DNA from: an uncultured delta proteobacterium
GTDB lineage: Bacteria; Myxococcota_A; Polyangia; Polyangiales; Polyangiaceae
DNA: 64,000 nt
Direction of reading: 5' to 3'
Assembly: GCA_963716725.1 (NCBI GenBank)
Contig: CAVQUB010000001.1
Location: forward strand, 160,001-224,000
Part shown: in pieces, positions 40,897-52,562 of the stretch
Numbering within the stretch: the stretch's first letter is position 1
Layout of the letters: the number at the start of each line of letters is the position of its first letter
Notes under the pieces: model-generated
The model's input: the letters and a program-made list of their open reading frames with translations, nothing else
Database searches by the model: none
Told to the model about the DNA's origin: nothing
Position numbers and translations under genes: made by a program

Positions 40897-42966
40897 TCAA
40901 GCCTCTGCGCGGGGAAGTCGGACCTCGAAGACCGCGCCGCTCTCGCTGGGGAGCAGCTGCAGCTCGCCGCCGCAGCGTGTCACGATTTCGTGGGAGACCG
41001 AGAGACCAAGGCCGGTGCCTTCGCCCGGCTCGCGCGTCGTGAAGAAGGGCTCGAAGATCCGCTCGCGAAGCTCAGGTGGCACGCCGGGACCGGTGTCTGC
41101 GAAGCGGATCCACACGCTCGCTGTATCCGAGCCGGTCGACACGGTCAGCGTGCCTCCGCCGTCGTGCATGGCTCGGCACGCGTTGACGACCAAGTTGAGG
41201 AAGACCTGCCCGAGCTCGCCGGGACGACTGACGCAGGGTGGGATCGGATCGATCGTCTCGACGAGCTGCACCCGAGATCGCTCGAACTCGTCGGTCGCGA
41301 GGACGAGAACCGCTCGCAGCTCCCGAGTGAGGTCGGTGGCGGCTGGCTCGGACAGCCCGGACTTCACGAACGACTGCAGGTTCGAGACGATGGACCCGAT
41401 GCGCTGGGTTCCAGCGTCGACCAGATCAAGGGCGGTCGATGCGGTGGCGCAGGCTTGGCTTGCGCGAGCGACCTCGTCGCAAGACGGCGCGTCGCAATTG
41501 TCACGCAGGGAAGCTACGAAGCGCGACACCGTGCCCAGCTCGTCGCGGAGCTTTGCGGCGCCGCCAGCGCTGAAATTCAGGGGGTTATTGACCTCGTGGG
41601 CGACCCCTGCGACCAGCCGGCCGAGGGAGGCCAGGCGTTCCTTCCGGGCGAGCTCGATCTGTGCGGACTCGAGCTCGTCGAGCGCGACGCTCAGCTCTTC
41701 CGTGCGCTCGGCGACGCGTTGCTCCAACGTTTCGCTGTAGGCCCTTCGGCTCTCCGCCAGCGCGGCGGTGGCGCGCTCTTTGTCGCGCTGAGCGACGTTG
41801 ATGCGATTGGCGAGCGCAAAGGCCAGCAGCAACGCCTCGGCGCCGGAGCCGATGCGCAGGTGGAGAGTCTGGAGTTCCGGACGATCGAGCACCCCGGCGG
41901 TGGTCAGCGTGTCGAGCACCGTGAATACGCCCATGAACACGAAAGCAATCGCGAGGAAACGAGCGTTGGGGATCGCCCGGACCCAGCCGATGACCCCCGT
42001 ACCGATGGTGGCCATCAGCGACACCATGGCGAGGTAGAGGGTCGCTTGCTGCACCCACGTGTGTGAGGTCAGGGCGCCCAGGGGCAGCAGCACGGCGCCC
42101 GTCGCCATCAGCCCCACCAGCAGCCGGTCCAGGCGGGGGAAGTGGCGCGGCACCTCGAGAAACGAACGCGCGAACCAGACGCCGGCAGTGACGGCCGCGG
42201 AGCCGAACACCAGCTCACTCCGAGCGGACCACACCGGACTGTTGGGCCACAGATACTGAAAGGCGTGGCGTTCGAAGATCGCGAGGAGCGCCGCGTAGGA
42301 GATCTGGAAGACGAGGTAGGGCCCGTAGGCGGGCGCACGCGTCGCTATGAAGACGAACGTGTTGTAGAGAATCAGGGCGAGCATCAGGCCGAAGTAGAGG
42401 CCGTCGGCCAGTGCCCCGGTGCGCACGTGCGCGTGAAACGCCGGCTCGGTCCAGAGTTGCGGGCTCAGGTCGAGCGTGTCCGAGGATTGAAGGCGCGCGT
42501 AGTAGACGACCCGCTGCCCCGCTTCGAGCGGCGTTCGGAAGACGAAGTCGGCATCGATCACCTCGCGCGAGCCGAAGGGACTGCGGCTGCCCGTGGAAAC
42601 GTGCCGCACGTTGCCGTTGCGGATTTCGTACAGGTCCAGATGGTCGATGGTTCTGCGCAACTCCACGAGCAGCGCCCGCTTCTCGGTGCCGCGGTTCTCG
42701 GCGCCGAAACGGATCCAGAAGGTGATGGGCGTGTACCCGATGTTCAGTCCGCTGGCGCGTGGCGCGAACCGACTCGGATCTGCCGAGACGTCCTCGAAGC
42801 GCAGGCTGCCCGCAGGATCTTCGAGAACCTCTACCTCCGGGACCAGGCCGGCGACCTCGCCGTCGGGCGGCACGACTGCGGGCGCGGAGGTTGCCGGGGG
42901 CGTGAGCAGCGTCAGGGCGGCGAAGGCGAGGGCGCCGAGCAGAGCGCGAGTGTGAGCCGCGCGCAT
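40897..42966 (-). CDS. 7TM-DISM sensor histidine kinase
   Basis: VLEDP..SL.FEDV, IGYT..FWIRF; seven TMs; H-box AGVAHEVNNPL; N, G1, F and G2 boxes. Confidence 0.93.
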   Translation of the reverse strand: MRAAHTRALLGALAFAALTLLTPPATSAPAVVPPDGEVAGLVPEVEVLEDPAGSLRFEDVSADPSRFAPRASGLNIGYTPITFWIRFGAENRGTEKRALLVELRRTIDHLDLYEIRNGNVRHVSTGSRSPFGSREVIDADFVFRTPLEAGQRVVYYARLQSSDTLDLSPQLWTEPAFHAHVRTGALADGLYFGLMLALILYNTFVFIATRAPAYGPYLVFQISYAALLAIFERHAFQYLWPNSPVWSARSELVFGSAAVTAGVWFARSFLEVPRHFPRLDRLLVGLMATGAVLLPLGALTSHTWVQQATLYLAMVSLMATIGTGVIGWVRAIPNARFLAIAFVFMGVFTVLDTLTTAGVLDRPELQTLHLRIGSGAEALLLAFALANRINVAQRDKERATAALAESRRAYSETLEQRVAERTEELSVALDELESAQIELARKERLASLGRLVAGVAHEVNNPLNFSAGGAAKLRDELGTVSRFVASLRDNCDAPSCDEVARASQACATASTALDLVDAGTQRIGSIVSNLQSFVKSGLSEPAATDLTRELRAVLVLATDEFERSRVQLVETIDPIPPCVSRPGELGQVFLNLVVNACRAMHDGGGTLTVSTGSDTASVWIRFADTGPGVPPELRERIFEPFFTTREPGEGTGLGLSVSHEIVTRCGGELQLLPSESGAVFEVRLPRAEA

Positions 42967-42970
42967 CGGA

Positions 42971-44347
<1,377 letters not shown>

Positions 44348-44478
44348 CCCCGATGGCCGCGGCGACCGTATCAGGTCGCAACCGGACTAGCCGACGACAT
44401 CCGTCATTTCCCGTCGGTCACCTCTCGACGGATCTCGCCGGTCGGTGCCGGATCGCCGGGATTGCTACCGGCTCTCGG

Positions 44479-44495
44479 CCGGCACGGCGGTTGCC
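44479..44495 (+). promoter_or_regulatory. Sigma-54 (-24/-12) promoter
   Basis: CCGGCACGGCGGTTGCC: GG-N10-GC with GGCACG and TTGC, just upstream of ORF 44509. Confidence 0.7.
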
Positions 44496-44508
44496 ATGAC
44501 GGGGCAGA

Positions 44509-45102
44509 ATGGAACCTCAGGAAGTCGAGCTTTCGGCCCTCGGGACCCGACTGGTGAGCGGAGAGGTCCGGGTGGTTAAGCGGTCGGAGCGCGCGGACGG
44601 GTCGTGCGCGCTGCAGCTCACCTCGCCCGGGATGGCTCCCTCGCTGCGGCAGGAGTTGGCGCTGCGCCTCGCTGCCCACGGCCGCAGCTCGAAGCAGATT
44701 GCGGCCGACCTCCGGGTGTGCCTCTCGACGGTGTTCGCCGATCTGGGCGCGGGCCTCGATCGAATGGGGCTGATGCGGCACGAGATCGCTCTGCTCCACG
44801 AGGCCGACCGCTGCGACGGGTGTTCGGACGGTGGCGCGACCGTGTATTGGATGCCATTGGCAGCCCGGCTTCCGGAGGGACTGTCCCCAACGGAACGCGA
44901 GATCGCCAAGGCGATCCTGGAGGGCCTCTCCAACCGGGAGATCTCCGAGGCCCGGGGGCGCTCCCTCAACACAGTGGCCAATCAGGTCGCGTCGGTGTTC
45001 CGTCGGCTGGGGATCAGCTCTCGCGCCGAGTTGTTCGCCGGAGTTTGGCTGAGTGCGGTTGCGCCGCCGCCCTGCAACGGCCAAATCTCGCTCGCGTCCT
45101 GA
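44509..45102 (+). CDS. LuxR-family regulator with two HTH-like segments
   Basis: GRSSKQIAADL..CLSTV and LSPTEREIA..GLSNREI..SLNTVANQV..LGISSRAEL. Confidence 0.88.
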   Translation: MEPQEVELSALGTRLVSGEVRVVKRSERADGSCALQLTSPGMAPSLRQELALRLAAHGRSSKQIAADLRVCLSTVFADLGAGLDRMGLMRHEIALLHEADRCDGCSDGGATVYWMPLAARLPEGLSPTEREIAKAILEGLSNREISEARGRSLNTVANQVASVFRRLGISSRAELFAGVWLSAVAPPPCNGQISLAS

Positions 45103-45186
45103 GGATGCCGGCTCCGCCCCTTGACCCCGGCCGACCTCCGATCAAATGCTTCGCACGCGAAGTAATTCGCGACGGAGCCAAGACCG

Positions 45187-45669
45187 GTGCGTGCCGCCCC
45201 GAAATCCCCTGCCGCCGAGCAGCCCGAGCTCGACTCCATCGTCGAGGCCATCCTCTACCTCTACACAGAGAGCCGGCGCATCACCAAGGACCTCGCGGCG
45301 CGGCATGGCGTCACCGGACCGCAGCTCGCGGTGGTGAAGATGCTCGAGCCGGTCGGCAAGCTCTCGCTCTCGGAGCTGTCGTGGAGGATCCGCGCCCGCA
45401 ACAGCACCGTGACCGGCATCATCGACCGCATGGAGCGCGAGGGGCTGGTCGAACGCAAGCGCTCCGATGACGACCGGCGCGTGATCCACATCACGCTGAC
45501 CAAGAAAGGGCAGCGTCTCGCCGGCGAGATCCCGGTCGAACCGGTGCAGATCTTCCGGCAGATATTGGGTGAGCTCAGCCCCCGCGACGCCTCCGAGCTC
45601 AGCCGCATCCTGAACCGTCTGGCTCGCCGCGTGCGCGAGCTGGTGCAAGAGAAAGGTGAAGCCGAATGA
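45187..45669 (+). CDS. MarR-family regulator
   Basis: TVTGIIDRMEREGLVER..DDRR...LT.KG. Confidence 0.93.
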   Translation: MRAAPKSPAAEQPELDSIVEAILYLYTESRRITKDLAARHGVTGPQLAVVKMLEPVGKLSLSELSWRIRARNSTVTGIIDRMEREGLVERKRSDDDRRVIHITLTKKGQRLAGEIPVEPVQIFRQILGELSPRDASELSRILNRLARRVRELVQEKGEAE

Positions 45670-46550
45670 TCAGCGACTCCAAGCCCACTCGTGATCCCGA
45701 CGTCTGCGTGGTGACCTGCGCGCTGACCGGCGTGCTCGCGAACCGCAAGCAGTGCCCCGGCATCCCCTACACGCCCGCCGAGATCGGCGAGGAGGCCCGA
45801 CGGGCCCACGAGGCCGGGGCGTCGGTGGTGCACATCCACGCGCGCAACGATGACGGCTCGCCGACCTTCAGCCCGGCGGTCTTCGCCAAGATCCGCGAGG
45901 AGGTGCGGGCTCGCAGCCCCGTCATCCTCAACTACTCGACGGGGACCATGAGCGACGACGTGACCGAGCAGAGCACGTACATCCGGGAGACTCGGCCCGA
46001 GATCGCCGCGCTCAACATGGGCACCATGAACTACTCGAAGTACTCCGGAAAGCGGAAGGAGTTCGTGTTCGACATGGTGTTTCCGAACACGTACGCCAAG
46101 ATCATCAGCCTGCTTTCGGCGATGAACGAAGCCGGCGTCAAGCCCGAGCTCGAGTGTTTCGACAGCGGGCACACCCACGGCGTTTGGCCGTTGGTGGACA
46201 TGGGCGTCTTGAAGCCGCCGCTCCAGTATTCGTTCATCGTGAACGTGCTGGGCGGGATCCCTCCACGGGTCGAGTCGCTGCAGCTGCAGGCGCAGCTGGC
46301 GGTGCCCGGCAGTGAATGGGAGGTGATCGGTATCAGCCACGGCCACTGGAAGATGCTGGCGGCGGCGTTGGTTTTGGGCGGCAACATCCGCACGGGACTC
46401 GAGGATCACCTGTACCTGCCCAGCGGCGAGATGGCGAAGTCGAACGGCGAGATGGTCGAGACCGCCGTCGGGCTCGTGCGCACCGTCGGCCGACGCCCGG
46501 CGACGGTGGAAGAAGCGCGACAGATCCTGAGCCTGTCCCGGGTGTCGTGA
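45666..46550 (+). CDS. BKACE / 3-keto-5-aminohexanoate cleavage family (DUF849)
   Basis: TCALTG, PYTPAEI, VHIHAR, PELECFD, IRTGLED. Confidence 0.93.
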   Translation: MISDSKPTRDPDVCVVTCALTGVLANRKQCPGIPYTPAEIGEEARRAHEAGASVVHIHARNDDGSPTFSPAVFAKIREEVRARSPVILNYSTGTMSDDVTEQSTYIRETRPEIAALNMGTMNYSKYSGKRKEFVFDMVFPNTYAKIISLLSAMNEAGVKPELECFDSGHTHGVWPLVDMGVLKPPLQYSFIVNVLGGIPPRVESLQLQAQLAVPGSEWEVIGISHGHWKMLAAALVLGGNIRTGLEDHLYLPSGEMAKSNGEMVETAVGLVRTVGRRPATVEEARQILSLSRVS

Positions 46551-47335
46551 TGCAGGTGCGCGAGTACCGGACGTTGATCGTCGAGTCTGAGGCCGGCGTG
46601 GTTCGGATCACGCTGAACCGTCCGGAGCGGCGCAATGCCATCGGAACTCAGATGGTGAACGAGCTGCTGTGGGCTCTGGACGACGCGCGTGACGACGAGT
46701 CCGTGCGCAGCGTGGTGATCACCGGCGCCGGCAACTCGTTCTGCGCCGGCGGCGACTTTCAGCAAATGACCGCTGGCACCGATGCGAACGAACTGCCGTT
46801 CAAAGGCGACTACAAGGATCTGCTATTGCGGCTCTGGCGCGGCGAGAAACCCGTGATCGCTCGGGTCAACGGTCACGCCATGGGGGGCGGACTCGGGTTG
46901 GTCGCGGCCTGCACCTTCGCCGTCGCGGCCGACGACGCCAAGCTGGGCACGCCGGAGATCAAGGTCGGCCTCTTCCCCTTCATGATCATGGCGCTGCTCG
47001 AGCGTCTGATGGGGCGGCGTGCGCTGGTGGAGATGATGCTGAGCGGGCGGCACCTCAGTGGCGAGGAGGCCGCGCGGCTGGGCTTGGTGAACAAGGCCGT
47101 GCCTGCGGAGTCCCTCGATGCCGCGGTGGGTGAGTACACCACGATGATCGCTGGCAAGAGCCCGAGCACCGTGCGACTCGGCCTTCAGGCGCTGCGGGAC
47201 ACGGAAGAGCTCGGGCTCGACGAGAAGCTGCCGATCCTCGAGCAGCGCCTGCACCAGTGTCTGGCCACCGACGACGCGCGCGAAGGCCTGATGGCGTTCT
47301 TGGAGAAGCGCGACCCGAGGTGGATCGGGACCTGA
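46550..47335 (+). CDS. Enoyl-CoA hydratase/isomerase
   Basis: LNRPERRNA, FCAGGD, AMGGG, PEIKVGL, DAREG..AFLEKR.P. Confidence 0.93.
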   Translation: MQVREYRTLIVESEAGVVRITLNRPERRNAIGTQMVNELLWALDDARDDESVRSVVITGAGNSFCAGGDFQQMTAGTDANELPFKGDYKDLLLRLWRGEKPVIARVNGHAMGGGLGLVAACTFAVAADDAKLGTPEIKVGLFPFMIMALLERLMGRRALVEMMLSGRHLSGEEAARLGLVNKAVPAESLDAAVGEYTTMIAGKSPSTVRLGLQALRDTEELGLDEKLPILEQRLHQCLATDDAREGLMAFLEKRDPRWIGT

Positions 47336-47342
47336 TCGTGGT

Positions 47343-48683
47343 ATGGGGCGGACCATGTCGAGACTCGGCGCCACCCCTGCCGCCCTCTTGGTTGTGTTCG
47401 TTGGCTGCGGGCCTGGGACCCGTCCGACGGCGCGCGCTCCCGAGTTTGCTCCGGCCGATCAAGCCAAGTGTCGGGTGAACAAGAGCTCCGACCGACCGCT
47501 GATCATCGAGTGGCCGTCGTCGGATCGCGCCGCCCTCGAGTCGACGGCCAAGCGCGGGCTGGTGGTCGTGCGCTACTCGGGCTGCGAGATGGAAGTGCTG
47601 CCTCGCTGTCAGCTCGGCGGGTCGTATCGCTACACCGCGACCACGCACAAGCTCGAGAAGGTGTCGATCCGCGACGCGGACGAGCTCTACGCTCAGGTCC
47701 CGGTGGGCGCGGCCAAGCTCGAGGGCAAGCTCGAGAAGGCGGGTGAGCTCAACGTCGCGATGCATGTGGTCGGCCGCTACGACGCCATCGAGCCGGAGAA
47801 ACCCGAGCTGCAAGGCGCCTGCGATGGCGCCACCCACCTGGTCACCGCCATGACCTCCGGCGCCTTCGAGTTCTTCGCTGGGGCAGAAGCGGCGGCGGGC
47901 GGCGGTGCGTCGGTGTTCGGAGCCGGAGCAGGTGCGAGGAGCGCTACCAAGAGCGAGCTGTTGAGCAAAGACGGCGATGTCGAGGCGTGTGCGGGTTCCT
48001 CTCCCAGCACGGAGTCACCGCCGGCTGGCTGCGGAGCGATCCTCCGGCTCGAGGTGTCGGATCTGGCGAGCCTGGCAAAGCTCGCGAAATCAGCGCCGAT
48101 GCCAGAAACCGAGAAGGTCGGCGGCCTGGGCGTGGCGGGGACTTCGGGCGCGTTGATCAAGACCGGGCCGGGCGTGGTGCGCATGCGCATCGAGAGCCCC
48201 GAGCCCAACCTGGAGCTGCACGGCCTGGGCGCGCAGCGACTGGACAAGGTCCCCGGCGGCTACGTCGGACAAGGCCCGAGCACGCTGCTCTGTCGCGCGC
48301 CCTGCGACACCGTCATCGACGCGCGGCTGGGTCAGCCGCTCAAGATCTCGGGGGCGGACATCCCCGACTCGGCGCCGTTTCAGGTCTTCGACAAGGAGGG
48401 CGAGGTGACGGCGCGGGTTCGCCCTGGCAGTCAGGGCAAGCTGACCTGGTCGGCCATCACCGGTTCGATCGGGATCCTGGGAGCGATCACCGGCGGCAGC
48501 CTGCTGCTCACCGGCGTCTTGGTCAACTCCGGGGACTCGGAGTCGACGACCGGCGACAGCCTCACCAAGTGGGGCGGCATCACCCTGGGCGTGGGCGTGG
48601 CGCTGACCGTCACCGGCGTCGTGCTCTACAACTCGGGCACCACCGACGTCACGCTCGAGGGCGGCGGCGGGCGCCAGCGCTGA
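47343..48683 (+). CDS. Hypothetical lipoprotein with C-terminal TM segments
   Basis: FVGC lipobox; PLIIEWP..DRA.LE...VVVRYSGCEM.VL..C; two hydrophobic C-terminal helices. Confidence 0.75.
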   Translation: MGRTMSRLGATPAALLVVFVGCGPGTRPTARAPEFAPADQAKCRVNKSSDRPLIIEWPSSDRAALESTAKRGLVVVRYSGCEMEVLPRCQLGGSYRYTATTHKLEKVSIRDADELYAQVPVGAAKLEGKLEKAGELNVAMHVVGRYDAIEPEKPELQGACDGATHLVTAMTSGAFEFFAGAEAAAGGGASVFGAGAGARSATKSELLSKDGDVEACAGSSPSTESPPAGCGAILRLEVSDLASLAKLAKSAPMPETEKVGGLGVAGTSGALIKTGPGVVRMRIESPEPNLELHGLGAQRLDKVPGGYVGQGPSTLLCRAPCDTVIDARLGQPLKISGADIPDSAPFQVFDKEGEVTARVRPGSQGKLTWSAITGSIGILGAITGGSLLLTGVLVNSGDSESTTGDSLTKWGGITLGVGVALTVTGVVLYNSGTTDVTLEGGGGRQR

Positions 48684-48726
48684 GAACGAGCTTTTCGCCG
48701 GCAGCGCCCGGCGCGACACTCGCCCC

Positions 48727-50290
48727 ATGAACATGAGAGACCGGGTCGCCGAGCTGGAGGCGCGTCGCGCGAAGATCCGCGAGATGGGCGGCGTCGAGCG
48801 CATCGCTCGGCAGCACGAGCGCGGCAAGCTCACGGCTCGCGAACGCATGAGCGCGCTGTTCGACGAGGGGCAGTGGTTCGAGGTCGGCATGCACGGCCGT
48901 CAGATGGGCGCCGCGGGCGAACGCGGCGACACGCCGGCGGACGGCGTGATCTGTGGCTTCGGCAAGGTCGATGGCCGCATGGTCTGCGCGGCGGCCTACG
49001 ACTTCACGGTGAAGGGCGGCAGCATTGGGCAGACCGGCGAAGAGAAGGTGACGCGGTTGCGAAAGATGGCGCTCACCGGACGCTGGCCCATGGTCTGGCT
49101 GATCGACTCGGCAGGCGCCCGCATCGATCCCGGCAGCGGGCATCATCCCGACGAGCTGAGCACCTTCGCCGGATCGGGGCACTTGTTCCGTGAGCAGGTG
49201 ATCATGAGCGGTGTCGTGCCTCAGATCGCCGCCATGGTCGGGCCCGGCGCCGCGGGCACGGCCTACATTCCAGGCCTGGCGGACTTCGTGCCGATGGTGA
49301 AGGGCGTGGGCACGCTGGCGCTCGCCGGGCCGCCGCTGGTCAAGGCCGTCACCGGGCAAGACATCGACGAGCAGTCGTTGGGCGGCAGCAAGGTGCACTG
49401 CGAGCTGAGCGGGGTGGGCGACGCCGAGGTCGCCGATGACGCTGCCTGCATCGCCATGGTGAAGCAGTACCTGTCGTACATGCCCTCGAGCGCCGACGGG
49501 TCTCCGCCTCGGATTTCCTGTGACGATCCGATCGATCGCCGGGATGAGAGCCTACTGGATCTGCTGCCCGAGAACCCGCGGCAAGCCTGGGACATGTACG
49601 CGCTTGATCAAGAGCCTGGTCGACCACGGCGAGTTCCTCGACATCAAGCCGAAGTTCGGGCGAAGCATCATCACCTGCCTTGGCCGCATCGACGGGCGGA
49701 GCGTGGGCATCGTGGCCAATCAACCGAAACACCTGGGCGGCATCCTCGAGAACGACAGCGCCGACAAGGCCGCGCGCTTCATCCAGATCTGCGACGCCTT
49801 CAAGATCCCGCTCGTGTTCTTGCAAGACGTGCCCGGGTTCATGGTCGGCTCGAAGGTCGAGCACGCCGGCATCATCCGACACGGCGCCAAGATGCTGCAC
49901 GCCATGAGCGCGGCGACGGTGCCGAAGATCACCGTCATCGTGCGCAAGGCCTACGGCGCGGGCTACTACGTGATGTGCGGCCGCGCCTACGAGCCCGATC
50001 TGATCGTCGCCTGGCCGACGGGTGAAGTGAGCGTGATGGGTGCTGAGGGCATGGTCGGCATCGCGGGCAAGAAGCTCTTCGGTGGCGGCGAGCCGGACCC
50101 CGAAGTGAAGGCGCAGTTGGTCGAACTCATCCAAAAGAACATCGACATCTACAAGGTGGCGGGCTGGGCCTTCGTCGACGACGTGATCGATCCGCGCGAC
50201 ACGCGCCGCGCCGTGGCCTGGGGCCTCGAGCTCTCGGAGCACAAGCGCGTGGAGCGACCGGCGAAGAAGCGGAGCATCCTGCCGGTGTAG
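48727..50290 (+). CDS. Acyl-CoA carboxylase beta (carboxyltransferase) subunit; frameshift at ~49604
   Basis: RQHERGKLTARER, DFTVKGGS, DSAGARI, GIVANQP, DVPGFMVG, RKAYGAG, DDVIDPRDTR. Confidence 0.92.
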
Positions 50291-50292
50291 TG

Positions 50293-50871
50293 CTAGCAGC
50301 GCGTGCCCGCCCAGCGCTCGAGCTCGCCGAAGGGATCGAAGACGCCCGTCAGCACTCCGCGCCAGGTCCGATCGCCAATGCTGTGGGCGAGCGTCCAGCC
50401 CAGATAGCGTGCCTCGCCCAGCACGAGGCCAGCTGCCGGCGTGTACCAGAGGTCGAGGCCGCTCGGGCGCACCCCGTTGGCCTCGAAGCCGTACTCCCAG
50501 ACCGTACTGCTGATGGCGGTGAAGGCCAGCGCGGGCAGGATCGAGTTCTTGCAAGTCCGCGCGCGCAAGTAGAGTTCGCTTCCGAAGAGCGCGTGTCCGA
50601 TGCCGTTGACCCACCAGGGATCGCCGTCCCACTCGAACGCCGGCTTCGACGAGTCCCATTTTGGCGGCCTGGTGAAGGCGGCCTCGTAGCTTCGTCCCAT
50701 GCGCGACAGATCCGTGTCGGCGAAGGGATCAGGCCAGATCACCGCCTCGGTGAGCCGCATCGTGGTCATCAGGCCGAGCGCGTGCAGCGAAGGGATGCTC
50801 CAGGACGGATCGTCTTCGGGCGGAAGCGCGGCGCTGCCCGTGAGCAGGAGCACCGTCAGCGCTGGGCTCAC
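50293..50871 (-). CDS. DUF3943-like membrane protein
   Basis: WDGDPWWVNGIGHALFGS..Y..AR, STVWEYGFE...PS..DL..TP.AG..LGE. Confidence 0.8.
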   Translation of the reverse strand: MSPALTVLLLTGSAALPPEDDPSWSIPSLHALGLMTTMRLTEAVIWPDPFADTDLSRMGRSYEAAFTRPPKWDSSKPAFEWDGDPWWVNGIGHALFGSELYLRARTCKNSILPALAFTAISSTVWEYGFEANGVRPSGLDLWYTPAAGLVLGEARYLGWTLAHSIGDRTWRGVLTGVFDPFGELERWAGTRC

Positions 50872-50894
50872 GCGCTCACCGCCACCAGTTCGGC
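50830..50894. repeat. 65-bp perfect direct repeat, copy 1
   Basis: Identical to 52498-52562. Confidence 0.95.
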
Positions 50895-51000
50895 CCGGCA
50901 CCGACCAGCGGCGGTCGCGAAGCGGGCTGTCAGCAGCGCACGCTGTGCGCGGAGGAAGTCCATCGCGCCAATTCTGCGAGATCGCGCTGGGAGGGCGAGC

Positions 51001-51036
51001 ACAAACCAAGGCGTTTGTTTGGCGCGCCGCGTGCAT
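51001..51036 (+). promoter_or_regulatory. Putative sigma-54 promoter with adjacent palindrome
   Basis: ACAAAC-N6-GTTTGT (51001-51018) then TTGGCGCGCCGCGTGCAT (GG-N10-GC). Confidence 0.55.
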
Positions 51037-51099
51037 TCTGCGCGCCAAACCCCGAACCCACAGGTTCGAAACTCAATCGGGGGAGAAGGACACACGAAT

Positions 51100-52425
51100 A
51101 TGTTTAGAGTATCTTCATTGTCCACGCTCGGCGTGGCGATCTTGGTTGCGACGGTCGCGGGAATGACAGGTTGCGGCAGCGACGACGACGAGGACCCCAA
51201 GAAGAACACCGGGGGCACCGGCGCAAGTGGTGGCAGCGGCGGCAGCGGCGGCAGTACCGGTGGCACTGGCGGAACCGCCGGCAGCGGCGGCACCGCGGGT
51301 AGCGGCGGCGCATCGGGTGGGATGGCCGGTAGCGGCGGCGCAACGGGCGGCACCGGAGGCATGGCCGGTTCCGGTGGCACCGGTGGCACGGCCTGCACCG
51401 AACCCACCTCGACGACGGCGCTCGAGTCCGTGAAGGTCGCGACGGCTCCGACGCTCGATGGCGACGCGGCGGACTGGGGCTGCTTGCCGGTGTTCGAGAA
51501 GGACTTGTCCGCCAACTTGGTGTACACGCCAGCTGGCGCGCCGACCTCGCCCTCGTATCCCGGCCTGACGAAGACCAAGGTCTCGATGCGGTCGGTCTAC
51601 ACCGCGACGGACGTCTACTTCGTCGCCACCTGGGCGGACCCCACAAAATCGTTGGCTCGCGTCCCCTGGACCAAGCAGGCCGACAACAGCTGGAAGCAGC
51701 TGGCGAACAAGGACTCGTCGGGTCACGAAAACACGTACTACGAAGACAAGCTCAGCATCCAATGGGACATCAACAGCAGCGACTTCGCCACCGCTGGCTG
51801 CTTCGCGAGCTGCCATCTCGACGGCACGCCCAGCTCGTCCACATTCCCCGGCAAGAAGTACAACAACAAGGCCGGCGAAACCACGGACCTGTGGCACTGG
51901 AAGGGCGTCCGCACTGAACCCAACGGCCAACTCGACGACACACACGTCGTGTACAAGGCGAGCATGGCCAATGGGCGCGTCAGCGACACCAACACCAGCG
52001 GCGGCTACAAAGACAACACCTTCGGCGGCTTCGCAGCAGCGTGTGCGGGTGACCCGGCCGGAACGCTGGGGTTGCCCTGTTTCATGGGCCCAGCGGGCAA
52101 GGAGCTAGTGGCCAACGACACCTTCTGGATCTTCGACAACGAAAAGCAGACCTTCGCGGACACCTTCGCTGCCACCAACCAGGTCGCCGCCATGATCACC
52201 GCTCCCTTCGTGGGCGGGCGCGCCGATGTCGCCACCAAGGCCAAGTACGCCAACGGCATGTGGACGCTCGAAATGAAACGAGCGCTCACCACGGCCCACG
52301 CCACCGAAGACGTGCAGTTCAGCGATCTGAAGAAGAAGTACCTCTTCGGTGTCGCCGTCTTCGACAACACTCAGATCAACCATGCCGTCCACGGCGGGAC
52401 CCCTGAGTTCACCTTCCGACCCTAG
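51100..52425 (+). CDS. Ethylbenzene dehydrogenase gamma-like (DOMON-like heme-binding) lipoprotein
   Basis: MTGC lipobox, Gly linker; AP.LDG...DW, W.DPT, YYEDKL, GCFASCH, DLWHWK, WTLEMKRAL. Confidence 0.8.
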   Translation: MFRVSSLSTLGVAILVATVAGMTGCGSDDDEDPKKNTGGTGASGGSGGSGGSTGGTGGTAGSGGTAGSGGASGGMAGSGGATGGTGGMAGSGGTGGTACTEPTSTTALESVKVATAPTLDGDAADWGCLPVFEKDLSANLVYTPAGAPTSPSYPGLTKTKVSMRSVYTATDVYFVATWADPTKSLARVPWTKQADNSWKQLANKDSSGHENTYYEDKLSIQWDINSSDFATAGCFASCHLDGTPSSSTFPGKKYNNKAGETTDLWHWKGVRTEPNGQLDDTHVVYKASMANGRVSDTNTSGGYKDNTFGGFAAACAGDPAGTLGLPCFMGPAGKELVANDTFWIFDNEKQTFADTFAATNQVAAMITAPFVGGRADVATKAKYANGMWTLEMKRALTTAHATEDVQFSDLKKKYLFGVAVFDNTQINHAVHGGTPEFTFRP

Positions 52426-52446
52426 CCAGCCCAATCAGAAAATGGG

Positions 52447-52482
52447 GACGAGGCGAGACGTGTGTCTCGCCTCGTCTTCGTT
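52447..52482 (+). terminator. Intrinsic terminator-like hairpin
   Basis: 13-bp stem GACGAGGCGAGAC-GTGT-GTCTCGCCTCGTC then TTCGTT. Confidence 0.75.
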
Positions 52483-52497
52483 GGTGCGCCCGGAATG

Positions 52498-52562
52498 GGC
52501 GCTGCCCGTGAGCAGGAGCACCGTCAGCGCTGGGCTCACGCGCTCACCGCCACCAGTTCGGC
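52498..52562. repeat. 65-bp perfect direct repeat, copy 2
   Basis: Identical to 50830-50894; includes the metallophosphoesterase stop. Confidence 0.95.
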
